Shown piece by piece: positions 23,137 through 38,008 of a DNA stretch of 64,000 nt. The notes under the pieces are model-generated. The model had not been told where the DNA came from and did no database searches. It saw only the letters and a list, made by a program, of their open reading frames with translations. Position 1 is the first letter of the stretch. The number at the start of each line of letters is the position of its first letter. A program made the translations under genes and the position numbers. The stretch comes from Chlorokybus atmophyticus (Eukaryota > Plantae > Mesostigma and Chlorokybus algae), in NCBI GenBank assembly GCA_009103225.1, contig RHPI01003536.1:79697-143696 (forward strand), given 5' to 3'.

Positions 23137-26100
23137 CTACTTTATGCGGTACTTGATTCGCAAGGCATCAAAGCGCCCCTTTACATCCGTTGGCACGCCA
23201 GTATCACTCGCGATAGCATCCCAAAGCGCCCTTACGACTGCACACACAAAACGCCAACATCACATCGTTGCAAATATTGCAACACAGAATGATAAACACA
23301 CACGCACAGAACAAGCGCCATACTCAACCGTACTGATTGAACTGTCTCACCTGCACGGTCTTTGGCAGGAAGCAACATGATGAGCATGTCAAAGCGAGCA
23401 ACATGTGACAGCTCTGTCGCAATATCCGCAGCTACACTGGCATCAGACCTGCCAAGGGAGAAACTTCTTACATTCGATAAAATGGATGACAAGGATACAA
23501 CTCACTCATACACCATGTTGGATTGATGCTTGCTCCTGGCGAACAAACTTACGGGACGAAGTGCAGCTGCAGCGTGTTCAATAACTGTGTGAGTAGGACG
23601 GCAGTCAGTGAGTCTTTGAACACGGCTGGCAGCCTCCGAGGCGGTATCATCTGCAAGGGTCAACACCATGTTAACATTGACAGTGCACATGCATGCACAT
23701 GCAAGGTGCGCATGCATCTGCGTGTGCGCTATCAACAACCTTGAGGTAGTTGGCCTGAGCGTGCATATCGCCCGCAAGCGCCTTCCAGCTGACTTCAAAT
23801 TCGTAAGCGGAACTCGGCGGTTGCATCGCCTGCAGAGCCCAAATTTCTTATATCATACAGTTAAATGTGTGGTTTGTGTAAATTTCATCACCCACACACA
23901 TGCCTACAGTTGTAACTCTGCATGCTACTCACCTGTGCGACCGCTGAGCGAGCCTTCTCTGCAGCTGCGCGTGCAGCATTTGCAGCTGATTGATCTAGAG
24001 TTGGTGACGTCAGAGTCGAATTCTTGTTGCGCTGTCAACCGAGTAATCAAAACGAATTCTGTTGGTCGATGTGTTCACATTACCGCATTATGTAAGCAAG
24101 CACAACCACAGCCATCTACCGCTTGCAACGAGGGAGAAACTACAGAGGGTAACTCGCGAATCTCAGGTTCGTCCGGCGCCGAAGACACCACACTGCTTGA
24201 GCAACACAACAAACACGCATCAAAACCATTTCTATGGTTGGACACATATGCAACAGTCAACCTCAGACCTGATTGCAGCTGGCTTCGCATACGATGTGCT
24301 GGCAGGCTGCGACCGAGCTGCTTCAACTCGCTCTTCCAAGCCTTGCGGGGAGTCAGGGAAGCTGTGTGCGGCTTCATCCATGACGAGGGGGTCCTCGCCA
24401 TCCTTCTCCTCGATCACATCGATGACGTCGGGCTTGGCCGTTGGCTTCAACCCGGACTCCTGCACAGCACATACACCACATCAGTCCAACGGCCAATCAA
24501 CCCAACATGATCATGATCCACACATGTATGTATAGTACACTCAAGCCCCACCTTCAAGTATTGCTCTTTAGCTTTCTTACGCTCCTGATTTAGCTCTCTG
24601 CTCGTGGGCTCGAGCCGCAGCGCGCTTTCAAAGTCTGAAAGAGGGGCCGAGTTTGGATGTTGAGACTAGCATGCAAGGAACCGCACACTTTTACGTGACC
24701 GTAAAAAGCAAACTTACCAAGTACGGCTTGAAGGTTGTTCCCGAGTGTGTGATGCGCGGTTGCTCGCCTCCAGTAGCCTTTGATGTAGCTGGAGTCCAAA
24801 TCAATGCAAGCAGTGCAGTCTGCTATAGCTTCTTTGTGCCTGCATGTAATTAAACAGTACTCAGCGAACACGCGCACGCACGCACACACGCATCACAACA
24901 TTTGCACCTGTTCAGCTTCATCAGCGCCATCGCGCGGTTGGCATGCGCCACACTTGATGGCTGCACCGCTATGCTGCGGCCATACAACTCAACTGCCTCC
25001 TTCCATCGGCCGCTTTTGAACAACCGGTTACCCTGCACCAAGCACACTCATCATCAAACCCAACATGACGGAAGCAACACACCAATGTTACCATACCTCT
25101 TCTTTCAAAGACTCGGATGATTGTGTTTCGGCTCTGCGTGAGGGGTCATTGCGAGCGTGTGATTGTGGCTTTACTGTCTTCTCTTGTTTGTGGTTGCTGG
25201 TGCTCGGGCCCGCCGCGTTGTGGTTGTTGTTGGCATGGCGCATAGCGCGGCTGATGCCGCCGCTGGGTTGATTTTCATCATCGGATGATGACGCCTCGGC
25301 TAGCGCGGCTTCCTTGGCAACAACATGCGGCAAGTCATTGCCTGCTCGTGCGCACACACGGCAGTAACTTGCTTGCTTGCATGCATGTCTTCATGCACGC
25401 ACGCACGCGCTCAACAGAAAAGGTGCATGATGCTGGCTGAGTGCCCTACAACAGTGATGTTGGCACGCTCGCGCGCACGCACGCACGCACGCACGCGTAC
25501 ACAACGCCCATTCGAACATCAATGCTCACCACGTTGAATCTGTCCCACTTGTCTCGGAAGTAGTCGTACGTGTGTCCGGCGGCATGTCGCTGCGTCGCAC
25601 CTTCCCCGACTCTATCACCGTCCGTCGCTGGGGCCTTCCCTTTTCCCTCCTTCGTTCGCGCGACAACGGCTGCAGCTGTGGCTGCCGCGCGGTCTAATGA
25701 GGGATCGACTCGACCTCGCACGGGCGGCACAATCTGTGCATGAACAAGTGTGAATTGGTTGAGGTGGTGCTTGTTGCAGGCACGTTGCAGTGGCAACGAG
25801 ATTGTGCATGCATGCAGGCGTGTATGCGTGTGTGAGCACGTGCTTGTGTTTGGATGTGGGCATGTGTGAGTACGTGCAAGTGCATGTGGGCGTGCTTGCC
25901 CGTGCGTGCGTGCGTCCATGTGGGCGTGTGTCAAGTTGTTGTTATTGCCTGTGCTGAGCCAGCGGCCTTTTTCAAGTTCGTGTCGGCGCTTTTTGCGTCG
26001 TTCTGCCAATCTTGCAGCTCCTTGAGAAAGTCTTGCACTTCCTGAAACAAAGAATGTCGGATTGCAGAAGAAAACAGCGCTGAGTATGTGACGTGCGTAA

Positions 26101-26449
26101 TCCTCCACACATCATGCTGCTTGAACCATGACTAACACAAAACTTCGATGCGCGGCAGCTGACAAGCACATGGATGTTTCTAGGAGCAACAATCACACAC
26201 AATCACAGCTGCACATACTGCTCGCAACCCTAATGCATGTATGTGAGACACAGAAGTCAAGTCAAGCATCACGCCTTGCTGGCATGAACAGATATGAGCT
26301 TACAACTTCTGAACTGCATTTGAAGCAGTGCAACTCTAAGCATGCCTTCTTATGATGACTCAACAAGCAGCAAACTCAGCACTCAAATCAGCAAACTCAA
26401 TCTCACTAACCAGGGCGTTCTGCCGGATCTGGTTCTGGACGTGCGCCAT
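23137..26449 (-). CDS. RPAP3: RPAP3/Spaghetti-like TPR co-chaperone (R2TP complex)
   Basis: MAHVQNQIRQNAL|EVQDFLKELQDW N-terminus. TPRs GNRLFKSGRWKEAVELYGRSI...HANRAMALMKL and AIADCTACIDLDSSYIKGYWRRA. C-domain PSSAYEFEVSWKAL, LPAVFKDSL, LSHVARFDMLIMLL. Ends LRIKYRIK*. Confidence 0.9.
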
Positions 26450-28222
26450 GTTGGGGAGGCGGAGGAAGCAGCCACGTCGTGCATGCAGGAAAGACAAAGC
26501 TGCTGTTGTCCCTGCTGCCCCGCTCCAACCCGCACCGCCCGCCGCCCTTGTCCTGCAGCTGCTCCGGTACAGTGCTCGTTAACTTGTGCATTTCACATGG
26601 TCATGAGCCATGAGAAACAACCTTCCCCCGCTATAAGTCAAAGCCACGACCCCCCTGCCTTTATGATACATTCATTCCAACAATGGGGTTTACTCTTTTG
26701 TTGCTTGTTAGGATGTTTTGGTAACTCCTTCCAGTAGGTTGAAGGTTGACTTGCACCTTATCGTCTTTACTCCATTAAAGTCCCCCCTCATATGAGGTCC
26801 CCTACCAATGGAATTGCATTGTTTCACACTTATCTTCCTTTATGAAAAGGGGCAGGATTGTATACAAAATGGGAGACTTTACTGGAGTGAATACGGTATG
26901 CTGAACATGAGGAGATTACATTAAGCATAAGCCAAGTCCCTAAATGCACGTTGCTAGCACATGTGCTCGATGATCGATCTTTGCATAATAGATTACGGAA
27001 ATATTGTTGCAACATTAAGATAAACGGTGCTGGTGTAATTACATATTAATAAGAATGCAACAGGAATGGAATACCTTTTCTGTAAGCGAGGTTCCACCAC
27101 TGCGAGAATATTTTAATCACATGACAAGTTGTTGCTGTAACCATTAAATATGGTACATTGACGTTGATCGAACTTTCAAAGCAATGTCGGAGGATTCATG
27201 CTACATGGAGTATTGTGCGCACGCTTTACAAGTGCGCTCAATGAGTGTACCACGAAAAATCGCTTACCATATTTGCTTTCTGAAATGTCAAATCACATTC
27301 ATGCATAATTTGCACTCAAGTATCATGCACTTCATACTTTTCTGTGTTGCTCGGCATTGCTTTATGCTATAATAATAGTATACTCGTCAGATACTTACAC
27401 TCTTTTCAGCAATCAAAGTTGGACTTTTTGACAATGAGATTGTGATGATGTTATTGCTTATTATAGGATTTGCCTCATACGTGAAAACAAACAAAATGCA
27501 AAATTGCAAGTACAAGAATGTTATTGCTCGTATTTCTGTCTTGGTTGATAGTGTAGCACCCCTGCAGTTTCAATGTCACAATAACATGTTCGCGTCTTAT
27601 AATATCCAATTTAGATTATGGTGTCACATGTCATAATGCATACGTTATGATTTATTACTCACAAACATGCTCAACATGGCATATGTTATGTACCAAGTGT
27701 GCATATCAAACAAGTTGATGGGTGAAGACTTTAAACGGACTGCACATAACAGTAGCTTGAATGTGTTTTCATAAAGGCATGATATTGTATTTTTCGTATG
27801 TCATGATCGGAATTACGATGGCATTCAAGTGATACCGCTATAGCATATTGCGCATGCTTATATCATATACTTACAAACACTTTACATACCTTTACTAAAA
27901 CGTGTACGTAGCTTACAATTACTATATATATAAATGCAAGTAACATATGACAATGAAGGCTTTTTAAAGGGGTACAATCCGTTTTAATTTTGCACTGGAT
28001 GTAACATGTTACCCATATATCAATGCACATTCTGTAATCAAGTGCAGCTCTTGGCTAGCCCAATGTTACCAAACCGCATCACTAACACAATGCAATGCCA
28101 GCTTGCAATACAAACTTTATCATGATACTAGTATCTACGCATAGGACAATTAGCCAAATTGTTTTATAAAGCAACCTTGAGTTGTTTTACCCTTGCATTG
28201 CATACATGCATGTAAAACCACG

Positions 28223-28806
<584 letters not shown>

Positions 28807-29676
28807 CTCTCATTTGTGACGAATGCGCACAATGCTAATAGCTCATTGTTGCTAGGTTGTTTGCCAAGTGGATTGGTGTTATGCATGTTGTATGAAATGT
28901 ACCGTATGTTACTTGTTTTGTATGTGGATGATTGTTCGTATGCTCCGTGTAAGATGGACCATGTGGCAGTGACACGTGTGATCGCATACACATGCATGCC
29001 AGTGCAACCCCGACTTGACTGCCTGTCGCACACAGCACTCTTCACGCCACGACACAGCCAGACTGGGTGCCACCAATCACACTCCCAATTCACGGAAAGT
29101 GAAAAAGTGCTGTTGGCCGCCACTGCACTGACTGGTGCCGCGCGCTCGGCCCCTCGCAGTGCAGCCAGTGTCCGGTTGACACCGCCCAGAACTCATCACT
29201 CGCAACTTATGAGTGAGTCATCAGCCGTGCGTGTGGCCTTGAAACCTACCCAACAAGCCGCTTACATAATGACTACAGAGCCGAAGTTGCGTGCATTTTC
29301 AACCATTGCCAAGCCGGCAACCAAACAACAGTAATGAAGAAGTCGTGCATGAACGCTGCTTTACTTTCACAACGCAAGAGGAGAGATCCCGAACGTCGCT
29401 CACCAACGTGATCTATTCTTCAGGATGCGCCATAGGTCACGGCCCGTAACACATGTTCGTGATGGCGTTGATTATACTGTAACGGTCGTTAGCTGAGAGC
29501 CACATTTGGGTCCGCGGGCATCTTACTTGAAAAAGTGACTGCTGGCAGTAGCAGTGGCTGCGGCAGTGGCGGTGACAGCGGCGGCGGCCGCCGCGGCGTG
29601 GTTGTTTGGATTGTGCAGGTAGTGGTTCGGGCATCCATTGTTGCTGCCTTTACCGCCACCTGCTGCTAGTGGCGCA

Positions 29677-32506
29677 ATGTGCAACTTGGATAGCAATGTG
29701 AGTAGCGCTTGTTGGGGCAGGCTCCAGCTTGAGTTGCCAATGCTGCTCGCCTTCGCCTTGCTCCTCCTATTCGTTGTGGTTGTTGATGATGTTGTTCTGG
29801 TTGTTGTTGATGTTGTTGTGACGTTTTTGCCTTCTTCGTCATTGCCAGCGAACAGCTGCGGCGCCGGCAGCGGGGAAGGGGGACTGGCCAGACCAGAGGC
29901 GGGTGTTTCCGGAGGAGGATGAGAAGCAGGACGAGGATGACGTGGCTCAGGCCAGCAGTAGCAGCTCTGAGGAGGCGTCTTTGTCGCACGGCAATCGCCG
30001 CCGCCAGCAGCTGGCTGCGGTCACAGCGAAGGAGCTCGCTAGCCATCACACCCCTGACGACTGCTGGATAGCCATTAAGAACAAGGTGAGAGGAGCAGCT
30101 TTGCTTGTGCCAATGCTATATGCCAGCAAGCTTTCATGACAGCTGGCAGTGCGCTGGCTTCCTCTGCCTACATGCCAGCAGTAGATGCGATGCTACTGGC
30201 ATTGGCATGTTAAATGAAGGGGCACAAGAGGCCACCTTGCCTATACGCGGTGTCATAGTGGCCTGTAGTGGTGCTACTGCAATTGGCATTGTGTCTGAAA
30301 GTCAGTTTCCTCTGCAAGTGTAGTTCCGACAGTGGTTGAGCGTTGTGTTCTCATACATCTCGCTTGTTGTGACAGCAAGTTCAAACTCAATTCCAGTCCT
30401 TCTTATAATGATTGCTTTGGTTGATTAGTTAGACCAGTCTTCTGCGACAACTATAAATGTGTGTTTCTGCGTTTGGTAGGTGTATGACATCACTGGATGG
30501 GGCTCACAGCATCCGGGCGGCAATGTGGTGTATGCATATGGCGGCCAGGACGCCACCGACGTGTTCTCCACCTTCCATGCCGCAATCACATGGCAACAGC
30601 TGTCTAGATTCTGCATTGGTCAACTGCAGGTGGGCCTCACAAGTAGTGTTGTGCGTGCATGTGCGCATGCGGTTGCATGTGTGGTTGCGGGCATGTTTCA
30701 CATGACAAAGCAAGTATCACTGCAGGTTGACACGCCGACTCCGGCTCTACTTGAAGATTACCGCCGGCTTCGGGCAAAGTTCCAAGCAGATGGGTTGTTT
30801 ACGAGCAATAAATACTACTATGTGTTCAAGGTTCTATGCAACCTAGGCATTCTTTACGCCGCGTTCGGGGCTCTCCGGGCTGCCGCACACAGCGCGTTGT
30901 TCCTCATTCTTTCCGCCGCACTGCTGTCAATTTGCTGGCAGCAGTGCGGATGGCTCGCACACGACTTCTTGCACCACCAGGTACACATACAAGCATGCAT
31001 ACTAGGACACCCCACAACAAACAAACATCCACCATGCTTCCAATCCAAAGCTTGTCGATCGATGTCGATCAGTAAACCCCACATGTCAACATACACACAT
31101 GCACAGGTGTATGTAAGCATGCAAGAAAGCATACCCCACAAACAAGTTACCAACTTGCCAACCATGCACTTGTCAGTGCACCCAACAATGTTATTGTGTT
31201 GTGTACAGGTGTTTAGGCATCGGGCGCTGAACAACCTGGCTGGGTTGTTGATCGGCAACCTCTGGCAGGGGTTGAGCGTAACATGGTGGAAGACCAAGCA
31301 CAACACGCATCACGCGGTGCCTAACGAGTGCGACCACGCCTTTGCACCGATTGACCCCGACATTGACACCCTCCCGCTGCTTGCGTGGTCTAAAGAGATG
31401 CTGCTGCCCGTCTCCAACCCAATTCACCGAATACTTATACGTCACCAGCAGCTTTTGGTCTGGCCTCTGCTCTGCATTGCACGAACCGTCTGGCTCATCA
31501 AGAGCATACTCTTTGTCATCAAGCCCGTCAACGCCAAATACGCCACATCGTTGACCCCGCTGCAGGTACATGTAACCGTGTTTGCCACCTTGCCTGCTTG
31601 CTGGCTGTTTGAATGAGTGATCAAGTGCTTCCAATCTGGATATCAATTCTGATGATGCTTGACCTGTCTCCTCAACGTGCTTGCAATGTGTTGTGTAATC
31701 AGGCTATGTTGGAGCTGTCGTGCTTGGGTCTTCACTGGAGTTGGTACTTGTGGGCTGCTTTCTCCCACCTCGGCCTCATCCGCGGGGCCTTGTATGTGGC
31801 CCTAACACAACTCGCGAGTGGCTTTCTCCTGAGCTTTGTGTTCGTGCAATCTCACAACGGGATGGAAGTCTACAACGACAGGCACAAGGACTTCGTGAGC
31901 AAGCAGGTACACCAACAAAACGAAGTTCAATCACAAGCACCCCACACAAACAATCAAGCACATGCATGACTTGATAGAACCAATGCATGCGTACATTCAC
32001 AGGGGTATCTTGTTTATACTACGTTGTTGCCGGTATGTCTCATGCATCACTCCAAGCCAACCGCACACATTGACACCAGCTGTTGTGTGCTCCGTGTCAC
32101 TGTTCATAGTTTGCCGTTATATCTCACTCCAAGCCGAGCGCGCACATTGGCACCAGCTGTTGTATGCTCCGTGTCAGTTCATGAACTGCCATACTTTATC
32201 TTGAATGACCAATACCCAATTCATGTGCGTGTGGCGCCATTGCTGAGTGTCATTCTTTGCTCCGCGCAGGTGGTATCCACGCGGGACATACAGAGTTCGC
32301 TCCTCAATGACTGGTTCACTGGCGGTCTCAACAGGCAGATCGAGCACCATCTCTTCCCGACAATGCCGCGTCACAACCTCGGCTGCATCGCCCCCGCAGT
32401 GAAGGCGCTGTGTGAGCGGCATGGACTCGTCTATGAGGATGCGTCGTTTGCGGAAGGCACGGCCAAAGTGCTGGAGAGACTAGCTGAAGTCGCGCGCGAA
32501 GCGTAG
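29677..32506 (+). CDS. Cytochrome b5-fused front-end fatty acid desaturase, Delta-6 acyl-lipid type (start tentative)
   Basis: Cyt b5 HPGG (GSQHPGGNV), His boxes [16 protein letters not shown] and [14 protein letters not shown], plus [11 protein letters not shown] as in moss/green-algal Delta-6 enzymes. Proposed first exon MCNLDSN at 29677-29697. Confidence 0.93.
32047..32190. repeat. Two ~77-bp tandem copies inside a desaturase intron
   Basis: TCACTCCAAGCC...CACATTG(A/G)CACCAGCTGTTGT(G/A)TGCTCCGTGTCA at 32047 and 32124. Confidence 0.8.
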
Positions 32507-33530
32507 AGTTGTGTATGATGGCTTGCTGTCTCTGCAATCGGGAACCATTGAAATGCGTTGGGTTGGTTTGCCAAGAATATGAAGTAAGCTTATGAAGTGC
32601 TTGTTGAGGCTTATCAGCCAATGTGTGGCGACCAGAGCACAGTAGTGTTACGTGTGCTGCTTCGCAGTGCAAAAAAGTCAGGACGCGGATAAGCAGCACT
32701 GAGTATGAAGGGGCAAACGGTGTTGGGGGACAGTGAAGTGCCCATCACCTTTGGACACGAGTGTGCTGCAGACCCACCGCTCACTCCTTGTAGCTGTGGC
32801 TCACATGACTCTATTTGGGGGGCAGCGCAAGTGCGATATGAGCTTTATTGTCAGATCTCCTACACAGTTTCACCTTGTGTGCCGTGGCTGCCTGCTGACT
32901 GACTGACTGACACTAACTGTGGGTACGGAGTGCCTGAGCGGGAGTGCATGAAGTATGTAACAATGTGCCATGCACAACACATGCGTCGCCTAAGACGTGC
33001 AGTGACACTAACTTTCACCTCAAACACAACTGGGCTAGGCACCAACACACTCGCTGACTACTTTACTACTCCTAGTCCTGACACTACCGCTACTGCCCAA
33101 CCCCGTCAGTCATGCATGGATGAATAGGGTCACACAAGATGTGCCACTACTTCAGCTAGGCGTCAATGTGCTTTATGCGCGCAGGCACGTGCGGCACTTT
33201 GACCGGAGCGCTGTGTATAAAGATTTGAAGGGTTTAAGTGCAGGTACACTTGCTGTGGTTATTGCCTTGTACAAGCTACATCGACATTGTACAATGCAAC
33301 AACCGCAGCAAGTGTACCTATCTAACTTGTACCATCCATAGTCGCCTTCATAATGCCTTTGCCAATGTGTGTAATCGCCGATCAGACGCAATGACAAACA
33401 CCAACCTACTACATGCATAATATTTCGTCAAACTTGCAGTCATATATACTCAAGGATTGTTGAGAGTATATAAAGAGTACCAGTTGCTAACAAACCAAAA
33501 CCACCAATTGCCACAGGATTGTCCCAGAGT

Positions 33531-35147
33531 CTACCCAAACATGCCCGGCATGCCTCCCTTCTCAAGGATCTGAAGTCCAAACACCACAATCCCCGCACCG
33601 AGTGCCAGGTACGCCAGCCCCTCGATCGCCCCCAACAGCCCGTATGGCCCGGGCGGCAGGCCAGTGCCGGTTTGCGCCTGTCATATTGTAACAATATCAG
33701 ACAGTAGTTGATTGCATTGAAGAGTCGGCGAGATTTCAAGTGTAAGAGCTCGTTGGAGCGTGAGAGTGTGAAGGTGCGCACGCCTGCGCGTGCATGCATG
33801 ACATGCTTGGCGTTGATGCTGGTCACATGATGCACGTGTGCGTGCATGTGTGTCATGATGTGGTGGTTATCCCTCACCTTTGTGTATATTGACCACGCCA
33901 CAAGGCCCACAACCACCAGGTACCCGATGCCCTCCGCGGCTCCAAGGATGCCAAAGGGACCAGGCGGGAGACCCTCACCTGCATGCCACAGTGGTTACGA
34001 ACGCTCATCCCAACATACGTGCAAAAAGCGCATTCAAACATATGAGTACGTTGCGTATCTGCAACAGCAACACATGCAGTTGCTGGTTGAGTGCCAGTAT
34101 GATGCGCAGATGCAAATCTGAACTCTATGAGGAAAGATGGTTGTGTCGGGGTATGTGCACGCCTAACAATCAACACAGCATGGCTTGGTCTTGTGCGTGA
34201 GGGTGTGTTTGTGCAGGACCAGGCATCTGGGTGTGCGGCCACGCAGTTGTGCGTGTGCACACGGGCGCCCACACACATGCGCACGCAAGTGTGTGAATGC
34301 CTGCTCATGCATGTCTACGTGTGTGTATGTGTGGTTATAATAAATGCGCGTATGCCTGTGTAGACCTACATGTGCATGTGAGCACGCATGCACGGGCGTA
34401 TACGTGCAAGCGCGCATGCACGTGCAAGCACATTTGTGCGCGTGTGTTGTACGTTGTATGTGTGCAACTTGTGCTTCCTTTTGACCTGTTATGCGCAGCT
34501 GCCATTCGGACCACAACACGATGGGCAAGAAGAAGCCTCCTGCGGCAATCCCCGCCCTCTCTTGCGCGCTCACATCCTTGGCAACTGTCACCAGCGGCCT
34601 GTGCAACGCATGATTGATATGAAACATTGCTGATGTTCGGGCATGCCACAACCACTCATACCAAAACCCACCTGTTGCTTGATTGAGACTGGCGAAACGA
34701 GGACACGCGGCGAACTGGGGCAACACTCATGGTTAGCCAATGTGTTGAGTATCATCGCAGTGTGGCAGACAGGAGTAACCAACAGAGAAAGCCATTTTTG
34801 TTGAGGCATGTGTGACTCAAGTATATTTGCGGTCCTTGCATGCACGCTGTGAACGCATGCATGACGTTGCACGACGCATGGCCGCAATTACAGCATTACA
34901 CACTTCAGTAAATCATGGCATGTCCTCAACACCCCATCATCAATAGGACAAACACACCGACAATCGCACACACTTTCCAACACACACGCGCACGCATGCG
35001 CACAAACCACACGCACACAATGGTCAGAAGCTTTAACTTACCTGGCTTGCCAGCAGCAGCGGCGCCGCGCAGGAAGCTTGAGTGCCGGCGTGGTGCAATA
35101 CAGGAGGAGGACAGCACGCACGTCGTTGCCATTGCGGCCGCCGCCAT
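33531..35147 (-). CDS. Conserved green-lineage plastid membrane protein of unknown function with an internal duplication
   Basis: Transit-like MAAAAMATTCVLSSSCIAPRR. Then GIAAGGFFLPIVLWSEWQLRITG|EGLPPGPFGILGAAEGIGYLVVVGLVAWSIYTK and TGTGLPPGPYGLLGAIEGLAYLALGAGIVVFGLQILEKGGMPGMFG*. Resembles, from memory, the Arabidopsis At3g50685 family. Confidence 0.75.
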
Positions 35148-35425
35148 CGCCGCTGCCGCCGCTGCTTACCACAGCCACAAGTACGCAGCGTTAAGACACT
35201 GAATGCAAGTGCATTCAGTGTCTGAACTTACCTTCACGTGCGCCTTAACGGCTGCCTCCACACATTAAAGCACTGAACACGCTTGCTTAATGCATTATGG
35301 CAGCACTGACTGCATTAAACTACAGACTGTACTGTATTAAGCTACAAGGCATCAGCAATAAGCCACATACAGTTGACGTCTGAGGCTGCCACGTGGTGTG
35401 GGCGGCGGTGGGAGGGTTGTCCGAC

Positions 35426-37636
35426 ATGGAGCAGGGCGGCGGTAGGGACGCGCTGGCTGCTGGAGGGGGCGCGGTCAGGCGCAGTCCCAGCAGGAGCGGC
35501 AGCGGCAATGCGCTGGGTGGTTCTGCTCAGGTACAGCCAAACTCTTGACTGGTTCGCTAATTCAACTCCATTGAAATCAGCATCGAATTCACAATACAGA
35601 CTATGATAAACAATGTATTATCATCGCTACATGTGCGGTGTGCGTCAAGTCACCATTGCTGTGGCACGCTGCAGCAGTTTTGCAACACACCACGAGCAAA
35701 CATACGAGTTTCCTTTTGTTTTGGTACTTCAAAGTCCCTTTCTGTATCTTGTTAGGCGTGAAACGAACGTCTTGCACCAATAAGTAACGCTTCAGTTGTA
35801 GCAAACACAATAGCGCTGGCTGCAGATGATGCAATCGGCGCCGGACGCGGAAAGGGCTCTTTCTCAGCACATGGCCAGTGCGCTGGACTTCACCGCCATA
35901 GACCAGATGGACCCGTCGTTGGGTGAGAAAAGAGACAGATGTGAATGTTTGCGTGCGTGCGAAACTGACGTGCGCGTGTGAGAGACGTGCATGTGTGGCG
36001 CTTCTCTTAGAATGCGGTGTGTGTCAACAAGTTGTTCAAACAGGCGACGGGTACCGGGTATTGTATGACCGTGAAGTGCCCGTGGAGATTCGCACAGGTA
36101 ACACGAGCCAGGACACGTCTACGCTGGAGCCCCTGCGAGTGAAGATTCTCATGCAGGTGTGCGCGCAAGCACGCACGCACGCACTCAGCCATGTATGCAC
36201 TGGCGCTTATATACCAGCACGCGCACACCTTCTCTCTCTTACTCACCCAACCAATGTGCATGCATGCACACACACACACGTGCGCACGCACGCATTCTCA
36301 ATCCAGACGTATGCGTGCAAGCGCGCGCACACCCACATCCGCACCCACATCCGCACCCACCCACCCTCACACCCATAATCCACTGGTCGCATGAGGTTGA
36401 CAGTTGTACGGTTCTGCGCAGGGTGATGATACAGCGCCGCGATCGCTGCGGATAGAGCTGACCAGTGAAAACGATCTGTTCTTCTTTTACCGTCATGATC
36501 TGGCCGAGAAGGGCTTCAGGGACCTCCAAAACAGCCAGGTGAGATGACGAAAGTGTTGTTTTGATGCATCCACGCTGCAAATACTGTAGAGCCGCACTGA
36601 CCATGCTATTGCTTGGTAGAAACTGATGGTGGAGTTTCCTGACTTCCCTCAAGTGCTCATCCGCATGCTCAACCTCTGTGTGAAGGTCAGTCACACCCAT
36701 ACTGTCAATAGTCACAAGCAAAAATGGAAAGATAGTTGTAGTGTTGCAACTCGAGTTGTTTGAGCCGCACAAAGATGCTGCATCAACATTAGTAGTGGTG
36801 TGATTGTGGGGTGTAGCCTTATGCCGCTCTTTGTAGGAGCCACATGCGCACTTGGCGCTTCTGTACATACAAAAGGACCTTGGCGTGCGTCTTGACTTCA
36901 TTCAGGTATGCTCGTGTCTAGTGTACTGGGTAGGCAGCTACTGTACAAAAGTCTCAAGAGCATGCAGCATGCACTGTATATGTGATCCCAATGTGACGTT
37001 TCTCACTTGTGTACTCTGCAGAACATGGAGTACAAGTTTGTAGAGCTTTTGTCATTACCGTTCCAGCCTGCTCCAGAGGACTCTGTGCGCAGACAGATTA
37101 CATATCGATACAATGCCACAAAGGTACGTCATGCGACCAATGGCACCTTGATAAATCGCATATGCACATATGTGTGCACGAGATGGAATGCTAGATTAGT
37201 AGCATGCATGGTGTCAAGCACATGCAGTGTCATGCATAGCAGCAAGCACTCGGCACTCCGTGTATGCTCACATGAAGGCATGCGCATGTTCGTGTGCGTG
37301 CATGTGTCATTGACCATGTACATCACATGCGTATTGTGAATGAACATGCATAGAACATGCAACGAACACAGTGAAAGCAGAGCAACTCACAGCCACTGTA
37401 ACCAATTGCGTTCTAAGGTCAACCTCCGGGCTACACAACTGTGTTTATATGATTGGCTGCAGGCAAGGCTGGCTCTCATGCAAGGGCGCTTGGCCGACGT
37501 CAACGCGTTGGTAAAGATAAAAAACCCTTCTCTTCTGCTGCAACTGCACCGGCCGCCAACAAGCAACGCCAGCAGCAACAGCCAACAACACCACCACATG
37601 CTGCAGCGGCTACCCTCAGCACGGCGCATGTCATAG
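35426..37636 (+). CDS. SAS6L: SAS-6-like protein (SAS6L; SAS-6 N-terminal head-domain family)
   Basis: LYDREVP.E.R, LEPLRVKIL, LRIELTSENDLFF, KLMVEFPDFPQVLIRMLNLCVKEP, RLDFIQNMEYKFVELL, QITYRYNATK|ARLALMQGRLADVNALVKIKNPSLLLQL. No long coiled coil, unlike canonical SAS-6. Confidence 0.85.
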
Positions 37637-38008
37637 CAGCCAACATAACGCTCTGTTACATCAGTTCCATTGGCTTAAGTAGTGGTAAAAGTAGTATAAG
37701 ATTGTATGATAGCAGGCTGAGATGAGACTGCTGCAGCAGCTAGTCACATCAACAGCCTATGTCAGTGCTGTAGGAACTATCATAATCTTTCCTGGACTGT
37801 AAGCGTATACAAAAGACACCTTGCAACACACTCGTCCACTGGCCTGCAGGCTATATGCCTTTAGGCCAAAGCCTTCTGCGCGCACGCATGCACGCACAGA
37901 TAAAGCCCTTTCGTTTTGGTGCCTATAGAACAAGTTGACCACCCATGTTGGCCGCTCATTATATGGCGTACATGTAAGACATGTTCCCCACATGATCCTC
38001 TGTTCTGC

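Noticed and set aside
11980-26100. Dozens of His/Thr/Ala/Arg/Cys/Val-rich ORFs in the track
   Set aside because: They are translations of RY-alternating intron tracts or antisense shadows of real exons.
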